From positions 1 through 62,202 of the IMG/VR virus record IMGVR_UViG_3300032516_000021: DNA of 62,202 nucleotides; one strand, 5' to 3'. Every line of letters starts with the position of its first letter. Positions within the stretch are counted from its first letter, which is position 1. The position numbers and the translations under genes were made by a program. The notes below the pieces were generated by a model. That model was not told the origin of the DNA, made no database searches, and saw only the letters and a program-made list of their open reading frames with translations. The DNA is from a virus (Duplodnaviria > Caudoviricetes). Of this stretch, positions 56,601 to 62,202 are shown in pieces.

Positions 56601-59600
56601 TCTGCATCTAACGGAATCTGCAGACGTGATGCCGGCAACTTCGGCTGCTATCAGCTTACCATTTACCCAAGCAGAGCAACCCTTATTCGTCACCTGGGCT
56701 TCAACAATATCGTAGGAGTATTTGCCGGCACGATGCGTTGCATGAGCGTGCCAAGTTCCATCATAATAACCAGCATCCCAAACGTTCGAACCTACGCTCT
56801 TGCCAGCTCCAAATTCACCCACGCCACTATTCTGGAGTGACACCCATTGACTTGGATTGCCTTGAGCTTCATTCCATATTGCTGCTTTAACGTGGATGTT
56901 TTCATAACTTGCATTCGCCAGGACTGTGGCCTCAGGAACAACCTTTGACTTGAAGACTGCTGATTGTTCTCCTCCTCCCGCTGTTGCAAAATTCTTTTTG
57001 ACATCTAACGGAGCGGAAGTGCAGATGCACTTCATCGAAGTCGCGCCAGCATGGACCTTATTCCCTTCGTGTACCGATCCCGAATAGTAAGCTGCAGCTG
57101 AGGTGCCAGCTATTAGTTCCCAATCCCGCTTACCAGCGATCACTTCACCATCAGCATAGGTCTCGAAACTTTCAAAGTAGATCAGGACTTCATTCGGATC
57201 AGATAGTGGATTCGTTGTCTCATTCGGATTGCCGTATTCAATGTAGTAGTCTTTGGCTCCCGCCGCCGCGCCTGCCGGCAGTACCTCCTGGAGTTTGAAG
57301 CGTATCTGCGTGTTCTCAAAGTTAGCGTAATCGATAATGCGATCAATCTCCGTATCCCCCCAACGGATTCGCAAGTCGCGCGCGTCATGGCGAATCAGTC
57401 CATAAGGTTCATTCGTGTAATAGAAAACGTCGTACCCGCTTGACCAGACAATCCCAAGTTGGTCATTCGAGTAGTACATCTTGCCACCCATCATCGCCAT
57501 GCCGACGGAAGAATTTTCCGATATGCGATTAGCTACCCAAGTATCGCCGTTATCTGCTGAAGCTAAGTGAACAATTTCTTGTCCCCAGAGTTCGTCGTTT
57601 GAAGCGTAGTTGACCTCAATAATCCGATTACAACGGCTGGTGCGAACAACAGTATCCTCGGTAGTATCACTCTCCGAGAAACCAAATTCCGCCGCTTCTA
57701 CTGCGGCCTTTGTCCAGGCTGCGCTCGTTGCCGGATTCGTGTCCCACCATGTCCTGTAAATAGCATAGAGACCATTGGGAACAAGAATTGCTGCTCCCTC
57801 ATAGTCCACTCCGCCGATTCGCAATAGATGCTTGTAGGTAGTCGTGCCCTGTCCAAAGGAACGACGAGTCACCGTTTCCACGCCAACCCTCAGAATCTTG
57901 ATACCATTGGGAAGTGTCTTGCTGGACGTGAACGTGCATTTTTGCACAGCTCCGGTCTTAGCCAAATAACTGGAGTCCCAATCCATATTATTACCACCGT
58001 CATCGACAAATTCGTAGAGTGCCGTACCTATGCCGTACCCCGTCGAGTCGGTATAGTTACCATTCCCCGTCGGAACATGATGCTTGATGCAACGGCTGTC
58101 CTCACCAGTGAACATATGCAGGACGCCGTCACGGTCACAGATCATCGGGTCTAAGGCGTCATGGATTGTGATGTCGTGGGCTTCAGAGATAGACGTATGA
58201 TGCCAAGCACCCGTATAGTAGCGGGAGACGCCGAAGCCATTATTTTGATAGGGATTGGCGGCCTGAAATCCGTTTGCCTCGAGGTAAGCCACAATCGGCC
58301 AGCGAACGCCGTTCGCATCGGGTGCAAGCATGGTGAGGTAGCGAATGAAATAAGTCATCGAACCGTCGGCGGCGTTTTTAATTACTGGACCGCCACTATA
58401 CTCGGCAGTCGTTCTATTTATTGGGGCAGAGTGCGTCGTACCACAGGCCACATCAGCAATCGTACACCACGAACGGAAATACGGTGCTGAGTTCGGTTCT
58501 AATGTAGAGTATGCGTACCAGACGCCTTGAGTGACATTATTCCCATCTACGAAACTGAAGGCGACGTGAACGCGCTTTGTCGTCTGGTCGTAATAGAGTG
58601 CATTGAAATAAAGCCGGAATGCAGCACCGCCATCATTTACGGCGACTTTCTGTTCACTTGACCAGGTTAATCCACCATCGGCGGAACAGAAGAAACTCCC
58701 ACCAGCCTCGCCATGCCCCCTGAAAAATACAAAGAGCAAATTACTGTCTTGGTCACAAGCAGGAATTGGATATGACGTATAGCATTGTCTCGTCCACTGC
58801 GTCGTCGAACCGACTGCATTAGGTCGAAGAACCTCTACTCCGTTTCCATGCGTAACTTCGATCCAGACTTGTAGCACAAGAATGCTCGTTGCGGTGCCCA
58901 TAGCATTTGAGTATATTCCTGCCTGCAAAGCATTCAACTCAGAATAAAGCCATGTTGCACTCGTGTCCGGGTTTGTTGTCCAGTCCGTTGAATAAGTTGC
59001 CAAGGAAGCAGTTATAGTAAATGCCGTTCCTTGTCGGTCTATCGAACTCGGGCGCAGAACTGCTTTGAGTGCTGATGTTGTTCCGCTTGCAGCTTTTGCC
59101 CTAATCTTAACAGTGACTTTCGAGATTATGTCGCCAGAACCCAATGCGGTTGCACCAAGATTGTAAGTGTCCGTCTTACCCGTAACGTAGGCAAGCAAGC
59201 CGTTATTATTAAGTTCTGTGGCCAAATCTATGTATTCGAAATTCTCTCCCCCCAATGAAATAACACCCTTCAATGTCCAACCGCTCGTTTCACCCGGCAG
59301 AGCACCTGATTGATCGGGGGCGTTCGAAACCGCATGGTAAAGAGCACCGACGTGTGCACCGTAGAACAAATGCAGGTAACCGTCGTTATCTCTAATAATA
59401 TGCGGACAGTTATGCGGGTCGGAAGACGATTGGGTGCTATCAACACGATACGGCGTGCCCCACAATTTCGTGAAGTGGTCATAGCTTTGAATGCTCACGC
59501 CGTACATGCCGTCTACGTCGGAGATATGACTTTGATAGCAGACGTGCGTCTTCCCGTGGGCGTAGAGCACCTGATTGCTTGGCTCACGGATCGCTTGATT

Positions 59601-60617
59601 GAAGCACCCGTCGTTGGCGATCTTGTACCGCGTACCCGTCGGCATATTGAACGACGCCGTATAGTCAGCGGGGATTTCCGGGTGGTCAGTCCTGAACGTG
59701 AGTTTGCGCCGGAAGGTAGTAGCCGGATTTGTCCATGCGCCTTTTCTTTTGATCAGAACCGTAGGGGTGACGGTATGAGTTACCAGCGTGGACGGACTCG
59801 GCGTCTTCGCAACGCTGGTCATAATTATGATCGGCGCGATGGTGGCGGCCACAAGAGTCGAGATAAGCGAACTGATGACGATAGCGGTAATGGGAGCCAC
59901 AGTTGCGCAGACCAACGTACTTGCATCGGGTGTGATGACCACCGATGACAATACAACTGTTGGGGCTACGATCGCGCAGACCATCGTACTCGGGGCAGGC
60001 ACCACTATCCCAACCATCGGATCAACGGTCGCACAAACACAAGTGGCGGCGGCGGGCGTGATCGCGACTGATCCTAAGGCAACGGTCGGTGTGACACTTG
60101 CGGTGACCAGCGTGGCTGCTGCCGGTGTGACCACAATCGGTTCGGCGGCGGCGGTATAGACGACTACCAGCCAGACATCGTAGACATTAATCTGTCTGCT
60201 GTTAGCACACGCCACACACTTTACGCCAAAATAGCAAGCGTTGACCCGTGCCGATGTTCCCCACGCACTCCCGTCAGGATGATTTGCAAAGGCAAAGGAT
60301 GTCTCTGCAATACTCGTAGAGGGGGCAAAAACCGGACTTTGCAGCAAGGCGGTATTCACACCATCGCTGCAAGCCAACGCTATTGTGTTTGTCCCATTCC
60401 CACTATCCTTAGCCCGCGCATAGAGAGTGACTGACGTAATCGCTGAAGCAGCTGGCATGTCTGCCATGTAGTAGAGATCAAGTCCGCCAACGTAGGTCGG
60501 ATTCGCTGCTATGGACGTACTATCAGACGCATCGTTGACGTAGCTGTAGTTATCAACTTCGGGCGACCATACAGGACTATAATCAGCACTTGGGCGTAAT
60601 GGATCAGTCGTAGCCAT
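53688..60617 (-). CDS. Giant (2309 aa) putative virion appendage: BNR/Asp-box propeller, DUF2341-like and lectin-like domains, ~23-aa T/A/V/P repeats
   Basis: DPHNCPHI..DNDGYLHLFYGAH (BNR_4-like), Asp boxes SADGGLTWS and SADNGDTWV, DLRI..YYIEYGN, dozens of TPAAATLVTASVDPTVILGSLAI-type repeats. Confidence 0.85.
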   Translation of the reverse strand: MATTDPLRPSADYSPVWSPEVDNYSYVNDASDSTSIAANPTYVGGLDLYYMADMPAASAITSVTLYARAKDSGNGTNTIALACSDGVNTALLQSPVFAPSTSIAETSFAFANHPDGSAWGTSARVNACYFGVKCVACANSRQINVYDVWLVVVYTAAAEPIVVTPAAATLVTASVTPTVALGSVAITPAAATCVCATVDPMVGIVVPAPSTMVCAIVAPTVVLSSVVITPDASTLVCATVAPITAIVISSLISTLVAATIAPIIIMTSVAKTPSPSTLVTHTVTPTVLIKRKGAWTNPATTFRRKLTFRTDHPEIPADYTASFNMPTGTRYKIANDGCFNQAIREPSNQVLYAHGKTHVCYQSHISDVDGMYGVSIQSYDHFTKLWGTPYRVDSTQSSSDPHNCPHIIRDNDGYLHLFYGAHVGALYHAVSNAPDQSGALPGETSGWTLKGVISLGGENFEYIDLATELNNNGLLAYVTGKTDTYNLGATALGSGDIISKVTVKIRAKAASGTTSALKAVLRPSSIDRQGTAFTITASLATYSTDWTTNPDTSATWLYSELNALQAGIYSNAMGTATSILVLQVWIEVTHGNGVEVLRPNAVGSTTQWTRQCYTSYPIPACDQDSNLLFVFFRGHGEAGGSFFCSADGGLTWSSEQKVAVNDGGAAFRLYFNALYYDQTTKRVHVAFSFVDGNNVTQGVWYAYSTLEPNSAPYFRSWCTIADVACGTTHSAPINRTTAEYSGGPVIKNAADGSMTYFIRYLTMLAPDANGVRWPIVAYLEANGFQAANPYQNNGFGVSRYYTGAWHHTSISEAHDITIHDALDPMICDRDGVLHMFTGEDSRCIKHHVPTGNGNYTDSTGYGIGTALYEFVDDGGNNMDWDSSYLAKTGAVQKCTFTSSKTLPNGIKILRVGVETVTRRSFGQGTTTYKHLLRIGGVDYEGAAILVPNGLYAIYRTWWDTNPATSAAWTKAAVEAAEFGFSESDTTEDTVVRTSRCNRIIEVNYASNDELWGQEIVHLASADNGDTWVANRISENSSVGMAMMGGKMYYSNDQLGIVWSSGYDVFYYTNEPYGLIRHDARDLRIRWGDTEIDRIIDYANFENTQIRFKLQEVLPAGAAAGAKDYYIEYGNPNETTNPLSDPNEVLIYFESFETYADGEVIAGKRDWELIAGTSAAAYYSGSVHEGNKVHAGATSMKCICTSAPLDVKKNFATAGGGEQSAVFKSKVVPEATVLANASYENIHVKAAIWNEAQGNPSQWVSLQNSGVGEFGAGKSVGSNVWDAGYYDGTWHAHATHRAGKYSYDIVEAQVTNKGCSAWVNGKLIAAEVAGITSADSVRCRSDAYNTACYFDSIEVSRRLRKSGGVNDYQVIGPLDGNIDPEVLIWYGALLLGDPTDHSATYESWCDGKYDDIYYDDAVNFLGVGRIDVKVRTTLNESGAAEQGKTCDYHVWLSRGSVYDPLNIVADETRQMVLATWGTPVDEVYSFTGLLGGHYSVKVDFYASNEATPHEDIDSLIYEIKVYGYSLDPVIILGEQEVKGFYIDASILGGRQLLLTIDATIDGYVFLCTPAPATLVAASVAPTVGFRGITSAATLVAASVDPVAILGSIAITPSAGTLVAASVAPTIVLTSVAVTPDASTLVAATVDPTAILGSLSIIPAVSTLVTASVDPAVILGSVAVTPDVATLVTASVTPAVVLGSVVVTPAAGTLVAASVAPTPILGSMAITPTPATLVTTSIAPSVTLTITPTAATLVCHSVVPTVALAITPNAATLICSSVTPIVGLRITPTAATLIASTVDPTTVLGSVAITPTASTLIAATVDPITVLGSLAITPAASSLITGSIAPTTVLGSLAITPAASSLVAATIDPVAVFGSIAITPSAASLVTATTGCIVQGSSVAITPSPATSVVATVDPTAVLGSIGATPSAATLVAGTVAPTCLLSSVTITPNPVTLIAASVTPTVILGSLSITPPVATLVCGKVDPTVILGSLALTPAVGSLVTAVIAPSVVLGSLAITPAAATLVTASVDPTVDIVTGTIIPTPATCVTATVAPTVILGSLAITPTTASLVAASVAPTVVQGSVAVTPSVSTLVAQSIAPTVVLGSRAITPTAVSAVVATVTPAVVLGSLSVTPSAATLVTATVDPSLSFGGVALTPSPASLIAATVAPTFTLTSATIVPAAATAVLAVIPPTVILGSFSITPAAATLVTATVDPTYLFDAVFLTPAPVTLVAATIDPVLILTSATVTPSAGTLICATVAPTVTLWHPTFTSPRIVSPTIKTGSLTGVTVKTNAISGATIKQPTITNLDIKG

Positions 60618-60619
60618 GA

Positions 60620-60985
60620 TTAGCCTTCATCCTCGATGTCAATGATCTTGCGGGTGAACAAATCGACAGCTTTCATCGTGCGGTGTCCGCCTATTCGATA
60701 GCCGATGCGGTACAACAAAAAAACGAGGGAGCCAGAACCCAGATTGTCTCTTGTTACTAATCTGTGACAAATGGGTGTAGCTCCCTCGGGAACGTTCATG
60801 CTAATTTCGGGATAGGATGGATCAAGCGGAATGAGGCTGATCCTCCGCGCCTGTCCGTACTCAGCCGGAGGACATTGCGGGTCAATGCGATCCTCACGGC
60901 TCAGTTTGCGTTGGGTCAGGTCATCGACACTTCCTTTGTCCCAGTCGATGCGCCAAGAATAAATCCGCTGCGGATCAAGTTCCAC
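60620..60985 (-). CDS. Hypothetical protein
   Basis: GAGG RBS, co-oriented, fills the gap. Confidence 0.6.
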   Translation of the reverse strand: MELDPQRIYSWRIDWDKGSVDDLTQRKLSREDRIDPQCPPAEYGQARRISLIPLDPSYPEISMNVPEGATPICHRLVTRDNLGSGSLVFLLYRIGYRIGGHRTMKAVDLFTRKIIDIEDEG

Positions 60986-60986
60986 A

Positions 60987-61523
60987 TCAGACCTCTTCCC
61001 AACTTATGTTCGGGACATAAGATGCAATCGCGCCCTGAGTCGCCGCTTCTTCGACCTTGAGTTGCAAGACCAGATAGTTCGTCTCTTCGTTGACCGCATT
61101 GATCTTGCTGTCCCCGGGATCAACAGGCAGAGTCAAAGCCGTGCCCGCGCTGTAGTAGTTCGTATCCTGCCGTGTCGTGGCGACACTCGATACAGTATTT
61201 ACAGGCGTCGCTCCGGTCGCAGTCGTGGCGACATTGATCGTCATCTTGTTGCCTGGCGAGTCCAAGTAATCAGGCCGATGATCCGGCCCGTAGAATTTGA
61301 AGTTCTGGCAGTAACTATCCGGCGCGGCGGTACAGCGCAACTTCAACCAGAGTTCATAGGAATAAGTCGGATTGCCGCCCGCGATTGGTGCCTTGATCGG
61401 ATAGGACGCAGTGTCGGTCGAAACGATGTCGGCGTTTAGAAAACAGGGATGGGCGCTGACATCCGTTTCCGTCTCCGCGCCCGAACCTGTACATTTGAGT
61501 GTGGCAAAAGTCGCGGTGGCCAT
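60987..61523 (-). CDS. Hypothetical virion protein
   Basis: YPI.AP..YSYELWLKL...NFKFY...TNYLVLQLKV..WEE; TAATG coupling. Confidence 0.65.
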   Translation of the reverse strand: MATATFATLKCTGSGAETETDVSAHPCFLNADIVSTDTASYPIKAPIAGGNPTYSYELWLKLRCTAAPDSYCQNFKFYGPDHRPDYLDSPGNKMTINVATTATGATPVNTVSSVATTRQDTNYYSAGTALTLPVDPGDSKINAVNEETNYLVLQLKVEEAATQGAIASYVPNISWEEV

Positions 61524-61975
61524 TAACTCTCTTTGAGCTGCAGTTCGCAGTCCTGAAGAGTAAAGGTCTGTCCGGTAGTCACCGTCACCGGTCCGCCGGT
61601 CACAGTCCAATAGGCGATGACGTTCGGCGTCGCATTGTCGTCGACGAGGACGGCATAGGAAATAGAACTGATTGACCCGCCGTTGGCAGTCCAGACCAAG
61701 TCCTTGATCTTGAATGATGCGAGATCACCGGAATCGTCCTCGGTCACCGTATCGAATCCGGTAGCACTTCGCTCGACGGCAATGCCGCCGGCAGTGTAGC
61801 CATAGGCGGTTTGAGTATTGACCTGCGTTAGCTGTGAAAGGGTATTGGTGTCCTGTGTCGGAGCCGACGCAGTAGTGACAAGGGCGACCTTGAAGGCGGT
61901 CGGGATATCGGCGGCGGTGGCCAGCAAATAGACCGATCCCATGAGTTTCTTGCCGCGATTAGTAAATCCAGCCAT
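61523..61975 (-). CDS. Putative virion structural (fibre-associated) protein
   Basis: FKVALVT...GYTAGG...DLVWTANGGSI..YAVL...VTVTTGQTFTL; AGGAG RBS. Confidence 0.7.
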   Translation of the reverse strand: MAGFTNRGKKLMGSVYLLATAADIPTAFKVALVTTASAPTQDTNTLSQLTQVNTQTAYGYTAGGIAVERSATGFDTVTEDDSGDLASFKIKDLVWTANGGSISSISYAVLVDDNATPNVIAYWTVTGGPVTVTTGQTFTLQDCELQLKES

Positions 61976-61986
61976 TGTTTTTCTCC

Positions 61987-62202
61987 TTAAGTGTGTTTTG
62001 GTTTTTTGGGTATCTTGTCAGGGTCAAGGCCAAAGGCGTACTTCATTTCGATATGGGAAGCCGCCGTTGTGGCACTTAATCCCTTCTTTCGTAGTGCTGT
62101 TATTTCCCCCCGATAGAGTGCGGCATCTTTTGCGCTGTAGCTGTATAGCCCTTGATGCCCCACAACCAAGCCGGTGCCCAAATAGATGTCATAGCCGGAG
62201 TC
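61987..62202 (-). CDS. Glycosyltransferase 3' end (continuation of 734..1)
   Basis: In frame with the ORF at the window start; TAA at 61989..61987. Confidence 0.85.
   Translation of the reverse strand, partial: DSGYDIYLGTGLVVGHQGLYSYSAKDAALYRGEITALRKKGLSATTAASHIEMKYAFGLDPDKIPKKPKHT
62051..62202. repeat. Terminal direct repeat, right copy
   Basis: Matches 1..152 with one mismatch. Confidence 0.97.

Overview
The window is an apparently complete, circularly assembled tailed-phage genome of about 62.05 kb. A 152-bp terminal overlap (one mismatch) joins the ends, and a glycosyltransferase gene runs across that junction. Essentially all real genes are on the minus strand. Reading along that strand the order is: GT2-like glycosyltransferase; accessory virion genes including a 2309-aa repeat/beta-propeller protein; GH108 endolysin and holin-like genes; a stand-alone cassette of promoter, two Y-RNA-like ncRNAs, TROVE (Ro60-like) protein and XRE HTH; early/recombination genes (PD-(D/E)XK nuclease, two HNH-like proteins, two DNA methyltransferases, SF2 helicase); replication (initiator with internal 9-bp repeats, DnaB, RusA); NusG-like and sigma-like regulators; packaging and head genes (TerS, TerL, portal, MuF-like, XkdF-like protease, capsid); and a contractile, eCIS-like tail and baseplate. 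No integrase, reverse transcriptase, CRISPR array or bona fide tRNA was recognised. The most notable signals are: (1) a ParB-like/methyltransferase gene split by a ~260-bp mosaic with G11, G8 and G9 tracts and stops in all three frames, where a G11-to-G9 skip restores the frame, and whose MTase also carries an inserted Cys-cluster (YkgJ/FliB-like) domain; (2) a phage-borne Ro60-like ribonucleoprotein module whose two RNAs show compensatory base changes; (3) three signal-peptide-bearing genes translationally coupled inside the baseplate operon; (4) a glycosyltransferase next to a giant Thr/Ser-rich, nested-domain virion protein. All family assignments come from motif recognition by eye, not database searches.
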